Shown here one piece after another: positions 51,373 through 61,029 of a stretch of DNA of 64,000 bases (the stretch's first letter is position 1; each line of letters starts with the position of its first letter). The DNA lies in contig CBDCJO010000002.1 of the NCBI GenBank assembly GCA_965217865.1, positions 5,568,001 to 5,632,000 on the forward strand, written 5' to 3'. The translations under genes and the position numbers were made by a program. The notes under the pieces are model-generated. The model did no database searches and was not told where the DNA came from. It was given only the letters and a program-made list of their open reading frames with translations. Source of the stretch: Candidatus Latescibacterota bacterium. Its GTDB lineage: Bacteria; Latescibacterota; UBA2968; SICM01.

Positions 51373-51801
51373 ATGCGTCTCCGGGTCTTTACGGTCCCCG
51401 AGGCAAACAGGTTGATTCCGAGGTTGGAGAAGATTGTGTCAATGATCGAAGAGGCACAAGCCCGGCTCCACGATGCCAAAGAGCATTTCTCTGCGACCTC
51501 GGAAAAAAGCCCGACAGACCATCCGGAGCGCATCCGTCTTAGCCATAATGTGGAGATTGCCGAACACGAAATCCTCACTGCCCTTGATAAGATTATTGAA
51601 ATGGGTTGTTCCATGAAGGCCGGAGGGCTCGTCGATTTTTACACCGTAAAAGACGGTGTACTTTACGAACTCTGCTGGCAAAAAGGTGAGGAAGAGATCC
51701 GCTTCTACCACGAATACATGGCGGGCTTCATCGGCCGACGACCCATCATACCGGAGGATATCGCGGTGATGGGTGTCCCGAATGCTGTTCGAACGCTGTG
51801 A
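51373..51801 (+). CDS. DUF2203-family protein
   Basis: FTVPEANRLIP...GLVDF...LCW..GE..I.FYH...GF.GRRPI. Confidence 0.8.
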   Translation: MRLRVFTVPEANRLIPRLEKIVSMIEEAQARLHDAKEHFSATSEKSPTDHPERIRLSHNVEIAEHEILTALDKIIEMGCSMKAGGLVDFYTVKDGVLYELCWQKGEEEIRFYHEYMAGFIGRRPIIPEDIAVMGVPNAVRTL

Positions 51802-51966
51802 ATCTAAACGTGTGAGCGTTGAAGCCTTTAAACGCTCAAGGCGGATTATGTACCGGTGCCCTTCGCATCCCGAAGTGTGCCGGTTTTTTTATACGGAAAA
51901 TTGTCATTGTCGGCCGGGCCTCAACTACCGGTCACTCTATCTCCCCAAAGGTTGTTCATCGCAACG

Positions 51967-53394
51967 ATGATTCGAGACGAATTCATAAAGGCCCTTTCGG
52001 AAATCGTCGGGCCGCAGGCAATCATATCCTCCCCGGATGAACTCCGGGTCTATGAATGCGATGCTTACACCATCGAGAAATCATCCCCTGTGGCAGTCGT
52101 ACTCCCGACCTCCACAGAAGAGGTTTCAAAAATTGTCCGCCTTTGCGACGCGCAGCATATCCCCTTTGTCCCCCGGGGAGCCGGCACCGGATTGAGCGGA
52201 GGTTGCCTCCCCCCAGAAGGCGGTCTTATGATCAGCCTCAGCAGGATGAACCACATCCTCGATGTGGATCTGGACAACCTATCGGCCCGAGTCGAGGCCG
52301 GTCTGGTCAATCTCTGGTTGACCAATGAGGTGGCTCATATGGGCTACCACTATGCACCTGACCCCTCAAGTCAGGGGGCGTGCACCATCGGGGGAAACGT
52401 TGCGGAGAACTCAGGGGGCCCGCATACCATGAAATATGGGGTGACGACCAATCACGTCCTGGGATTCCGTATGGTTCTTCCGGACGGAGAGGTGCTTGAT
52501 TTGGGAGGCCTCGCGCTCGATCACCCCGGTTACGACCTCCGGGGCGTGATCATCGGGTCTGAAGGAACGATGGGCATCGTTACGGAGGTCATCGTACGGC
52601 TCACCCACAATCCACAAACCACCCGTACCATGCTGGCGATCTTCGATTCAGTGGATGATGCCAGCCAGGCGGTATCCGACATCATCAAAAAGGGAATCGT
52701 CCCCGCGGCCCTCGAGATGATGGATAGGATGATCATCTCCGCTGTGGAGGACGCCTATCACTTCGGTTTTCCTGAAGGTGCGGAAGCGGCCCTTATCGTG
52801 GAACTGGACGGAATGGCCGCGGGCATCGACGGCTCCGTCGAACAGGTCATGGAGGTGTTTCAGAAAACCCGGGCTCGATCGGTCCGCCTCGCCCAGACCG
52901 AGGATGAGCGGAAACTCCTTTGGGCGAGCAGAAAAGGGGCTTTCGGGGCCATCGGTCGCCTGAGTCCCTCTTATGTCACGCAGGACGGTGTGGTTCCCCG
53001 AACCCGCCTACCGGAAGTCTTATCCCGGATATCGGAAATCGGCAATCGCCACGAAATCGCGATCGCCAATGTTTTTCACGCCGGAGACGGCAATCTTCAT
53101 CCCATCCTCCTTTTTGACGAACGGGACCAGGAGCAACTCGCTCGGGTCCTCAAAGCCAGTGAGGAGATTTTGAAACTGTGTGTGGAAGTCGGGGGTACCA
53201 TCACAGGAGAACACGGCATTGGCGTGGAGAAGATGAACATGATGCCACTCCTTTTTTCCCGGGAAGACCTCGCGATCATGAAAAAGGTCCGTGACGTCTT
53301 CAATCCAAACGGTCTTTGCAACCCGGGGAAAATCTTCCCCACATCAAAATCGTGCGTTGAGTTGCAGGGTACTCGTAGGGCGGCTGCATGTTAG
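51967..53394 (+). CDS. FAD-linked oxidase, GlcD/D-lactate dehydrogenase family
   Basis: PRGAGTGLSGG, PDPSSQ, GSEGTMG, HAGDGNLHP, GEHGIG; probable start MIRDEF. Confidence 0.9.
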   Translation: MIRDEFIKALSEIVGPQAIISSPDELRVYECDAYTIEKSSPVAVVLPTSTEEVSKIVRLCDAQHIPFVPRGAGTGLSGGCLPPEGGLMISLSRMNHILDVDLDNLSARVEAGLVNLWLTNEVAHMGYHYAPDPSSQGACTIGGNVAENSGGPHTMKYGVTTNHVLGFRMVLPDGEVLDLGGLALDHPGYDLRGVIIGSEGTMGIVTEVIVRLTHNPQTTRTMLAIFDSVDDASQAVSDIIKKGIVPAALEMMDRMIISAVEDAYHFGFPEGAEAALIVELDGMAAGIDGSVEQVMEVFQKTRARSVRLAQTEDERKLLWASRKGAFGAIGRLSPSYVTQDGVVPRTRLPEVLSRISEIGNRHEIAIANVFHAGDGNLHPILLFDERDQEQLARVLKASEEILKLCVEVGGTITGEHGIGVEKMNMMPLLFSREDLAIMKKVRDVFNPNGLCNPGKIFPTSKSCVELQGTRRAAAC

Positions 53395-53454
53395 CCCCCC
53401 TGTGAATTTTTCCGAAATGCCATCCCTTAGGTCAAAAATTTTTCGGAGGAACCG

Positions 53455-55245
53455 ATGAGTTACGAGCTTGTCAGCTGGTCAGTCGGCGTGTTCCTCCTCC
53501 TGGTCCTTGGAATTGTCTGCGGTTGGCTGCTATGCGCTCGCATCAAAGCGCGAAAACTCTTCGAAATGGAGAGTCAGAGCGAAAAGCGAACGACCAGATT
53601 GGTCGAAAAGGCCAACCGGGACCGAAAGGCATCTTTTTTGGAAGAAAAGAACGCCTGGTACGTGCTTAAAACCAAGATGGAACGGGAGGTTGAGCAACGC
53701 AAGCGGGAGGCTGAAAGGCTCCTGCAAAAAAATCACGAACTGGAAGAGGGCCTGAATGAAAAGTCGGACTCGATCCGTCAACGCGAAGAGAAAGTCGCGA
53801 AACGCGATCGTTACATAACGAAGTATTCGGGGGAACTCCAGACGAAGGAAGGGGAACTCAAAGAACTTCTGTCTGAACAGCGTGTGAAACTGGAGCGGAT
53901 TTCCGGGTTGAACGCCGAATCCGCCCGAGAAATTCTCCTGGAAGAGTTGCGAGAAGAAACCAAGCGTCAAGCGACGGTGATGATGAAGAAAGTCATCGAT
54001 CACGCAAAGGAACATTCGGAGAGGGAGGCCAAGAAGATCGTCGCTTTGGCCATTGAACGTTGCTCTGCCGATCAGTGCGTGCAATCCTCAATCTCGGTCG
54101 TCCCCCTGCCCGATGACGATATCAAAGGTAGAATCGTCGGAAAAGAGGGCAGAAATATCATCTCTTTCGAAGCCGCGACAGGCGTGAAAGTGATCGTAAA
54201 CGACACCCCGGAGGCCGTGGTTTTATCCAGTTTCGACCCGGTAAAACGGGATATCGCCCGTATCGCGATGGAGCGGCTGATCAAGGAAGGCAGAATTAAC
54301 CCGAGCCGTGTGGAGGAAGTCGTTGCAGTGGCGGGCGAGAAGGTGAATGAGAGTATCATTGAGGAAGGAAAAAAGGCGTCCAGGGATGTCCGGATCGATA
54401 ATCTTCACCCAGACATGATCCAACTCCTTGGGAAGTTGAAGTACCGGATGAGCTTTGGTCAGAGTGTCCTGGAACATTCCAAGGAGGTGGCTTTCCTTAC
54501 AGGGGCCATGGCCGCCGAGCTTAAACTCAATGAAAAACTCGCAAGGAGGGCGGGTCTTCTCCACGATATCGGCAAAGCCGTCGACCACGAAATTGAGGGC
54601 ACGCACGTGGATATCGGAGTGAACCTTGCCAGGAAATACCGGGAACCGATGGAGGTGGAGAACGCCATCGTCGCGCACCACGAAGAAGGGGAGGTTCTCT
54701 CCCCGATTTCGTTTCTCGTAACCGCCGCCGATCGAATTTCCGGAGCGCGACCAGGCGCCAGGCGGGACGATGCGGAGGGATACATCAAGCGCGTCAGGGA
54801 TCTGGAGGAGATCGCCCGATCCTTCGACGGAGTCGATGATGCATACGCGATAAACGCGGGCAGGGAAGTCCGCGTCATGGTCAGTGCCCGCAAGATACCC
54901 GACGATGAAGCCACTGTCCTTGCTTTCGAAATCGCTCAGCGGGTTCGATCCGAATTGGTCTACCCGGGGGAGATCAAAGTGACCGTCATCAGGCAGACGG
55001 TCGGGGTGGAATGGGCGGGCAGGTCAAATCGCAAAAAGCGGTCCCGATATCAAAAACCCGAGAAAGGAGACGGAAGACATGGCCATCAAGGTCGGCCACG
55101 AAATGACGGTGTCAGAAAAGTTGTATCTTCCGGCGATCAGAAAGGGGTTGTCGCTAACCTTCAAGCAGATGTTCGGCAAAAAGTTCACCATGCAATATCC
55201 CGAGGAGAAGTGGAAATCACCTCCGGGGTACCGGGGCCTGCATAA
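53455..55245 (+). CDS. rny: Ribonuclease Y (C-terminally extended, overlapping nuoI)
   Basis: N-terminal TM, coiled coil, KH GRIVGKEGRNI, HD motif LLHDIGK, SGARPGARR. Confidence 0.95.
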   Translation: MSYELVSWSVGVFLLLVLGIVCGWLLCARIKARKLFEMESQSEKRTTRLVEKANRDRKASFLEEKNAWYVLKTKMEREVEQRKREAERLLQKNHELEEGLNEKSDSIRQREEKVAKRDRYITKYSGELQTKEGELKELLSEQRVKLERISGLNAESAREILLEELREETKRQATVMMKKVIDHAKEHSEREAKKIVALAIERCSADQCVQSSISVVPLPDDDIKGRIVGKEGRNIISFEAATGVKVIVNDTPEAVVLSSFDPVKRDIARIAMERLIKEGRINPSRVEEVVAVAGEKVNESIIEEGKKASRDVRIDNLHPDMIQLLGKLKYRMSFGQSVLEHSKEVAFLTGAMAAELKLNEKLARRAGLLHDIGKAVDHEIEGTHVDIGVNLARKYREPMEVENAIVAHHEEGEVLSPISFLVTAADRISGARPGARRDDAEGYIKRVRDLEEIARSFDGVDDAYAINAGREVRVMVSARKIPDDEATVLAFEIAQRVRSELVYPGEIKVTVIRQTVGVEWAGRSNRKKRSRYQKPEKGDGRHGHQGRPRNDGVRKVVSSGDQKGVVANLQADVRQKVHHAISRGEVEITSGVPGPA

Positions 55246-55657
55246 ACTAACGAAGGATGAAAAAGACCGGATCAAATGCGTGGCATGCTACATGTGCGCC
55301 ACGGCTTGTCCCGCCGAGTGCATCACGATCGAAGCGGCTCCCGCCCCCTGGGAGGACAGGGAAAAAGTACCCGAGCGATTCGACATCGACATGCTCCGCT
55401 GCATATTTTGCGGTTATTGTGTTGAGGCTTGTCCTGAAGAAGCGATTGTGATGACTGAAACACACGAACTGGCGGCCGAAAGCCGGCAGGAATTGATTTT
55501 TACGAAAGAAAGGCTCCTGGCCAACGAAGCCCGGGTGACCTACACGGCAAAACCCGATGTTGACGGAAAGGTGACCGACGAAAAGACCCGGAGCAGCGAA
55601 GTCCATCCGCATCGTTTGGGCGCAAAGGAACTCGATCCTACGCATCGTCTCGTTTAA
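55079..55657 (+). CDS. nuoI: NADH-quinone oxidoreductase subunit I (orphan)
   Basis: AAGGAG SD; TMQYPEE, CVACYMCATACP, CIFCGYCVEACP. Confidence 0.9.
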   Translation: MAIKVGHEMTVSEKLYLPAIRKGLSLTFKQMFGKKFTMQYPEEKWKSPPGYRGLHKLTKDEKDRIKCVACYMCATACPAECITIEAAPAPWEDREKVPERFDIDMLRCIFCGYCVEACPEEAIVMTETHELAAESRQELIFTKERLLANEARVTYTAKPDVDGKVTDEKTRSSEVHPHRLGAKELDPTHRLV

Positions 55658-55687
55658 TCCTAAACCGCAGCACCATGAGCAGACGCG

Positions 55688-56059
55688 ATGTATAATCCTA
55701 CGGTCATAGACCATTTCAAGAATCCGCGGAATGTGGGGAGCCTTCCGGATCCGGATGCCAAAGGCTACGCCGAAAACTCGGTTTGCGGCGATGTGATGAC
55801 CCTCTATATGCGCGTGACGGAAAGTCGGATCGTCGAAGCAAAATTCAAGACATTCGGCTGTGCCGCGGCAATCGCTGCAAGCTCGGCACTCACTGAAATG
55901 CTCAAAGGACTTACCCTGGACGAGGCGCTTAAGATCAGCAAAACCGATGTGTCCGATGCCCTAGGGGGGCTCCCGTCGACTAAAATCCACTGCTCCGTTC
56001 TGGCCGAGGATGCCGTGCGGGCAGCGGTTGCCGACAACCGGACTAAGTCAGGGAAATGA
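55688..56059 (+). CDS. iscU: Fe-S cluster scaffold IscU/NifU-N
   Basis: HFKNPRNVG, CGD, FGCAAAIA, KIHCSVL. Confidence 0.92.
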   Translation: MYNPTVIDHFKNPRNVGSLPDPDAKGYAENSVCGDVMTLYMRVTESRIVEAKFKTFGCAAAIAASSALTEMLKGLTLDEALKISKTDVSDALGGLPSTKIHCSVLAEDAVRAAVADNRTKSGK

Positions 56060-56919
56060 ACCAGTTAGACCTTCTGGTTGGAGCCCATACCTCCATCTCC
56101 GGGGGCCTGGACAGCGGATTGATCGAGGGGCGTAGGATCGGTGGAACCACGGTCCAGATATTCACGAAAAACGCTTCCAGATGGAAGGCCCCCGAAATTT
56201 CCAAAGAGATGGTGAGTGGCTTTCTGAAAGCCAAGGCGGAGACCGGACTCGACCCGATCGTCGCCCACGACTCGTATCTGATCAATCTCGCATCTCCGGA
56301 TCCCATCCTTACGAAAAAGTCCATCAATGCCTTCTTGACAGAGCTGAATAGGGCAGAAGCGCTGGGCATCGACTACCTCGTCACGCACCCAGGGGCCCAT
56401 AAAGGGCAGGGGGAACCCGAGGGAATCCGTCGGTTCGTCGAAAACGTCAACCGGATACACGATCAGACGGAGGGCTTCTCGGTCCGTATTTCACTCGAGA
56501 CGACGGCGGGACAGGGTACCTACCTGGGCCACCGGTTCGAGCATCTGGCCGAGATGATTCGTGGTATCGAACAATCGGAACGTGTGGGGGTCTGCTTCGA
56601 CACGTGCCACGTATTCGCTGCCGGTTATGACCTTCGTGACGAGAATGCCTATCACAGGACCATTGAGGAATTCGACAGGGTCGTCGGTCTCGATCGCGTT
56701 GAAGTCATTCACGCAAACGATTCCAAACGCGAACTCGGCAGCCGCGTCGATCGCCACGAACATATCGGCGAAGGGCAGATCGGATCAAACGGGTTTAGGA
56801 TCCTGATGAACGACCCCCGGTTTCATCGCATTCCGAAAATCCTGGAAACGCCCGAGAGCGAAACCCAACACGAAGTCAATCTGGTGCGACTGAAAAGTTT
56901 CGTGAAATTAGAGGAGTGA
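56056..56919 (+). CDS. nfo: Endonuclease IV
   Basis: GAHTSISGG, HDSYLINL, HPG, ETTAGQG, DTCH, HANDSK...DRHE. Confidence 0.96.
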   Translation: MNQLDLLVGAHTSISGGLDSGLIEGRRIGGTTVQIFTKNASRWKAPEISKEMVSGFLKAKAETGLDPIVAHDSYLINLASPDPILTKKSINAFLTELNRAEALGIDYLVTHPGAHKGQGEPEGIRRFVENVNRIHDQTEGFSVRISLETTAGQGTYLGHRFEHLAEMIRGIEQSERVGVCFDTCHVFAAGYDLRDENAYHRTIEEFDRVVGLDRVEVIHANDSKRELGSRVDRHEHIGEGQIGSNGFRILMNDPRFHRIPKILETPESETQHEVNLVRLKSFVKLEE

Positions 56920-56955
56920 GTTAAAAGCCAATCACCACGTCTGGGAGATCTTGAA

Positions 56956-59211
56956 ATGCCAAAATTTACAACCGTTGGAAAGGGATTGCCTCGCGTCGAT
57001 GGCCTTGAAAAGGCCACCGGTTCGGCCAAATATGGTGCGGATGTCCATCTTCCAGGGATGCTTTGGGGTCGTTTTCTTCGCAGTCCGCATTCCCACGCCC
57101 GCATCAAGCGGATCGATACCCACCGGGCGGAAAAGATCCCCGGCGTCAAGGCGGTTCTCACCCACAAAAGCCTGGCCGCAGGTCAATCCCTGATGACCGA
57201 AGACTCGGTCCACGCCATGAAGTCGGGCCAGAGTCTATTTGCCTTCGACAAGGTCCGTTATCAGGGCGAGAAGATCGCCGTCGTCGCAGCAACCGACCCG
57301 GACATCGCGGAAGATGCCCTTGAGGCCATCGATGTGAAATACGAAGTACTCCAGAGCGTACACTACGTCCTGGAGTCCATCAAGCCCGGTTCGCCGATCC
57401 TCTTCGAGGAAAGTCCATCCGTCCAGACGCCCGATGGTCAGACCCTCAATAACATCTGCACGGAGAGCCACAGCAGCTTTGGTGACGTTGAAAAGGGGTT
57501 TCGTGAATCCGACATCATTCTTGAAGATACTTACAACATTCCACGCGTTCACCAAACTTACATGGAACCCCACGCCGTCGTGGCCGATGTGGATGGCCAC
57601 GGAAACGTCACCGTCTGGACCAGCACCCAGGGAATATTCGCGATAAGGTCCGGCATCGCTTCCTCCCTCGGAATCCCGATCTCGAAAATCAATGTCATCG
57701 GGATGACCATCGGCGGTGGTTTCGGGGCCAAGTTCGGCATGCTGGTCCATCCCTACGCCGTACTCCTGGCTCAGAAGACGAGAAAACCGGTGAAGATCGT
57801 CATGGACCGTTACGAAGAGTTCGTCGACGGGCGCCCGGCGCCGGGCTGCTGGATCTGGCTGAAAACCGGTGCGAAGCGGGACGGCACGGTCATCGCCCGT
57901 CAGGCCGTCGCATACTGGAACACGGGCACGACATCCGGTGCCTCCCTGGGCCAGACGTCGCGAATTAGAGGGGTCTATAAAATTCAGAATATCCACTATG
58001 ACGCATATGCCGTCTATACCAACGAACCCGGGCCCGCTGCCTATCGTGCCCCGGGCGCGCCCCAGACCACTTTCGCCTCCGAAGCCCAGCTCGACCGCCT
58101 CGCAACTTCGCTCGGAATGGACCCCGTTTCCCTCCGCCTTAAGAACATGGCGGCCGACGGGGATTCCGTTGCCGGGGGTCAGCCGCTTTCCCACGTAGCC
58201 TTCAAGGAAACCCTGAACGCAGTCGCAAAAAAGGTCAACTGGCGAAACCGGAAGAAGAAAAAGAATCGGGGCTGGGGAGTGGCTGTCGGGGAATGGACTA
58301 ACGGCGCCGGTCCGGCCGGGGCCTATGTCTCGGTTCAGGAAGATGGCAGTGTGAAGGTCTTCAGCGGTCTGATGGACATTACCGGGACCGACACGGCAAT
58401 GGCACAAATTGCATCAGAGGTGCTGGGGGTGCCCTATGAAAGGGTCAATGTCGTCCGGGGTGACACAGACAGCGCACCATACACCACCGGCAGCGGAGGA
58501 AGCGTTGTCACGTTCAGCGTGGGAAATGCGGTCAAACGGGCGGCCGAGGATGCCCGTGACCGGATCATAAAACTCGCCGCGGAACAACTCGAAGCCCGTC
58601 CCGAGGATCTGGTCCTCTCGGATGGCAAAGTGTCCGTAAAGGGGAGCGGCAGGGACTCCCTCACCATGTCCGAAGTGGCGCAATCGAGCCTTTCGACCAT
58701 CGGAGGACCGATCGTCGGCAAGGGATCCTTCGCCAGGGAACCCTCGCACACGGTCATTTCCGCCCAGATCGCCGAAGTGGAAGTGGACCCGGGCACAGGA
58801 CAGGTCAGGCTCCATCGCCTTGCTGGCGCTCTCGACTGCGGAAAGGCGATTAACCCAGTCCAGGTCGAAGGCCAAATGGAAGGCGCCGCGGTCCAGGGCG
58901 CTTCATGGGGTTTGATGGAAGAGGTGAAGTACAGTCCGGACAGGGGAAACCTGAACCCCCATCTTCTGGACTATCAGATTCCGACAGCACTCGACATGCC
59001 TTCGGTGGAGTCGGTGCTGGTCGAGAAGGCATCCGCCCACGGCCCCTTCGGGGTGAAAGGTGTTGGAGAACCCCCAATCACCCCAACGATGGCCGCTATC
59101 GCCAATGCCGTCTACGATGCGGTTGGAGTACGGGTGAATGAACTCCCGATCAACCCCGAGCACCTCCTGGGGGAACTGAAGAAGAAACGAAGGGGGAATA
59201 ACGGAAAATAA
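56956..59211 (+). CDS. Xanthine dehydrogenase family molybdopterin-binding subunit
   Basis: RSPHSHARI, IGGGFGAK, AYRAPG, GKAINP...GQ.EG, KGVGEPP. Confidence 0.92.
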   Translation: MPKFTTVGKGLPRVDGLEKATGSAKYGADVHLPGMLWGRFLRSPHSHARIKRIDTHRAEKIPGVKAVLTHKSLAAGQSLMTEDSVHAMKSGQSLFAFDKVRYQGEKIAVVAATDPDIAEDALEAIDVKYEVLQSVHYVLESIKPGSPILFEESPSVQTPDGQTLNNICTESHSSFGDVEKGFRESDIILEDTYNIPRVHQTYMEPHAVVADVDGHGNVTVWTSTQGIFAIRSGIASSLGIPISKINVIGMTIGGGFGAKFGMLVHPYAVLLAQKTRKPVKIVMDRYEEFVDGRPAPGCWIWLKTGAKRDGTVIARQAVAYWNTGTTSGASLGQTSRIRGVYKIQNIHYDAYAVYTNEPGPAAYRAPGAPQTTFASEAQLDRLATSLGMDPVSLRLKNMAADGDSVAGGQPLSHVAFKETLNAVAKKVNWRNRKKKKNRGWGVAVGEWTNGAGPAGAYVSVQEDGSVKVFSGLMDITGTDTAMAQIASEVLGVPYERVNVVRGDTDSAPYTTGSGGSVVTFSVGNAVKRAAEDARDRIIKLAAEQLEARPEDLVLSDGKVSVKGSGRDSLTMSEVAQSSLSTIGGPIVGKGSFAREPSHTVISAQIAEVEVDPGTGQVRLHRLAGALDCGKAINPVQVEGQMEGAAVQGASWGLMEEVKYSPDRGNLNPHLLDYQIPTALDMPSVESVLVEKASAHGPFGVKGVGEPPITPTMAAIANAVYDAVGVRVNELPINPEHLLGELKKKRRGNNGK

Positions 59212-59238
59212 CCTTCAAGGCTGGGGTTGACGGTAACA

Positions 59239-59271
59239 AAATAGGGGGCGCAGCGATTGCGCCCCCTATTT
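59239..59271. terminator. Bidirectional intrinsic terminator between convergent genes
   Basis: Perfect 14-bp stem AAATAGGGGGCGCA/TGCGCCCCCTATTT. Confidence 0.8.
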
Positions 59272-59285
59272 GATCTCCCCCCCGT

Positions 59286-59720
59286 CTACCTCACATCCTC
59301 TTCCCCCTCGCCCCCTTCGGGTATTTGCCCTTGACCTTCGAGCATGTTGCTGGCGTGGTGATGGGTCAGTTTCCAACCGCCTTCCGTTCGATAATAGATG
59401 TTCGTCGCCACCGCCCGTCCGCTATTCATCCCCTGATCGTACACCGTTGTGATGTGTTCCACACACACAACCCATCCCACACCGCCTTCCACACTCACCG
59501 CCACATCGGACAGATCTACTTTCATCATCTTCGTACCATTGAAGATACCCAACCAACTTTCCCATATCGCCTCCCAACCGCTTAGCGTGGTCCAACCCGG
59601 ATGGATACATTTCACCCAGGGAGCGTGCAACCAGACCTCCTCCATCTCCTCGATGCTTAACTGCTCCAGGGCCCGATAGAACTGAGCATTGACCTCTTGA
59701 ACCATCTCACGGTCTTCCAT
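59286..59720 (-). CDS. NTF2/SnoaL-like protein
   Basis: N..FY.A......MEEVW, CIHPGW..L.G, ATNIY, WKL.HHHAS. Confidence 0.85.
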   Translation of the reverse strand: MEDREMVQEVNAQFYRALEQLSIEEMEEVWLHAPWVKCIHPGWTTLSGWEAIWESWLGIFNGTKMMKVDLSDVAVSVEGGVGWVVCVEHITTVYDQGMNSGRAVATNIYYRTEGGWKLTHHHASNMLEGQGQIPEGGEGEEDVR

Positions 59721-59867
59721 AAGACCTCTAAGAACTCATAAGCTTATTGACACCGCCCTTTGGGGGCCATAGATTGTCCCGCTTTCATATCCACACCCTC
59801 CGATCGCGGAAAAACCCGAATATCTTCCTCAAGTCCACTATATATCGTCACTTTCAGGCCGAGTCGT

Positions 59868-60323
59868 ATGAAAGTCAGCGCGAGCACCCGGGGTTGGGCT
59901 TTGTTCATTGACCTAGTGGTCTTTGGTTTTCCCCAGGTGGTGGTCTTTACCATGCTGAAAGGGGTCTGGATCCTTTTCCTTGATCTGGTCATCTGGATTG
60001 CTTACTGTGTGTACTTTGATGGACGACGCGGGGCCACGCCAGGTAAAATTCTCCTCGGCATCAGGATCGTCCGGTCGGACGGTTCGGCCATTGGCTATTG
60101 GGAGGCCCTGGCACGAAGTCTTGGAAAAACTCTGCCCATGCTTCCACTCTTTTTATCAGGGGCCATTGCGCTCTGGACGCAATGGCCCATTTTTTATAAG
60201 AGCGCCGCCGTTTTGATCGGTCTTATCATTCCACTACTCTGGGCGCTTCCCATCCGGCGAAACGATCGGGGCCGATCCCTGCACGATCGCATCGTGGATA
60301 CCCGTGTCATCAGGCTTTTTTGA
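59868..60323 (+). CDS. RDD family membrane protein
   Basis: R..A..ID, GATPGK..LGIRIV, R.LHD.I.DTRVI. Confidence 0.85.
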   Translation: MKVSASTRGWALFIDLVVFGFPQVVVFTMLKGVWILFLDLVIWIAYCVYFDGRRGATPGKILLGIRIVRSDGSAIGYWEALARSLGKTLPMLPLFLSGAIALWTQWPIFYKSAAVLIGLIIPLLWALPIRRNDRGRSLHDRIVDTRVIRLF

Positions 60324-60414
60324 ATGCATCAACCCTTCACTCTTGAGCCCGGAATTTACGAATAAAAGCTAAGGTTCTTGTCCTGTCAAGGGAATTCAGG
60401 AGTCCGGATTTCGC

Positions 60415-60443
60415 TTGACAACCACCGCGAATTGATCTATCAT
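60415..60443 (+). promoter_or_regulatory. Sigma-70-type promoter upstream of fliL
   Basis: TTGACA-N17-TATCAT. Confidence 0.55.
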
Positions 60444-60501
60444 TTCGAAAATCCATCACGATCGTGGGATCCCTTACGGACCCCTGGAATTCCGGACTTA
60501 A

Positions 60502-61029
60502 ATGGCTGAAGAACAACAACAAACGCCTGGTGGGCAAAGTGCCCTGGACGTCGTACGAAGTTATGCGGCGCTGGTCATTCTGGTGATCATCGTACAGGTC
60601 ATTCTGGCGTTCGTCATTATCCGGACATTGGTTATCGGGCGGCTTGGTACTGCCGAAGAGGATTCGGAGGTGGTCGCTGAGCAACTGAGCGAAACGCCAG
60701 GGGAAGAGGTGCATTCCGACAAACCGGTGATTCTCTACGACATCCCTGAAGACTTCCTCACGAACCCCAACAATGTCGACCGACTTCGTTTTGTAAAAGC
60801 CCACGTTCAGCTCGGCCTATCATCCGAACCTGTCCTTCAAGAGATCCATGGGATCGAACCCAAACTAATCGATATCATCATAAGTATCCTGATGTCAAAG
60901 TCCGTTTCCGAGATGGATGACCCTCCGGACCGCGAGGTCATCAAGGATGAAATAAAAATCTCCTTGAACAAACTCCTCACCCAGGGAGAGATCACAAATG
61001 TTTACCTCACTGGTTTTTTGATTCAATAG
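60502..61029 (+). CDS. FliL-family protein
   Basis: Single N-terminal TM; F.TN....RFVK, P.L.D.II.IL.SK, IK..LN..L..G.I.NVY.T.FLIQ. Confidence 0.8.
   Translation: MAEEQQQTPGGQSALDVVRSYAALVILVIIVQVILAFVIIRTLVIGRLGTAEEDSEVVAEQLSETPGEEVHSDKPVILYDIPEDFLTNPNNVDRLRFVKAHVQLGLSSEPVLQEIHGIEPKLIDIIISILMSKSVSEMDDPPDREVIKDEIKISLNKLLTQGEITNVYLTGFLIQ

Noticed and set aside
57235-58407. 390-aa minus-strand ORF
   Set aside because: Antisense shadow of the molybdopterin subunit
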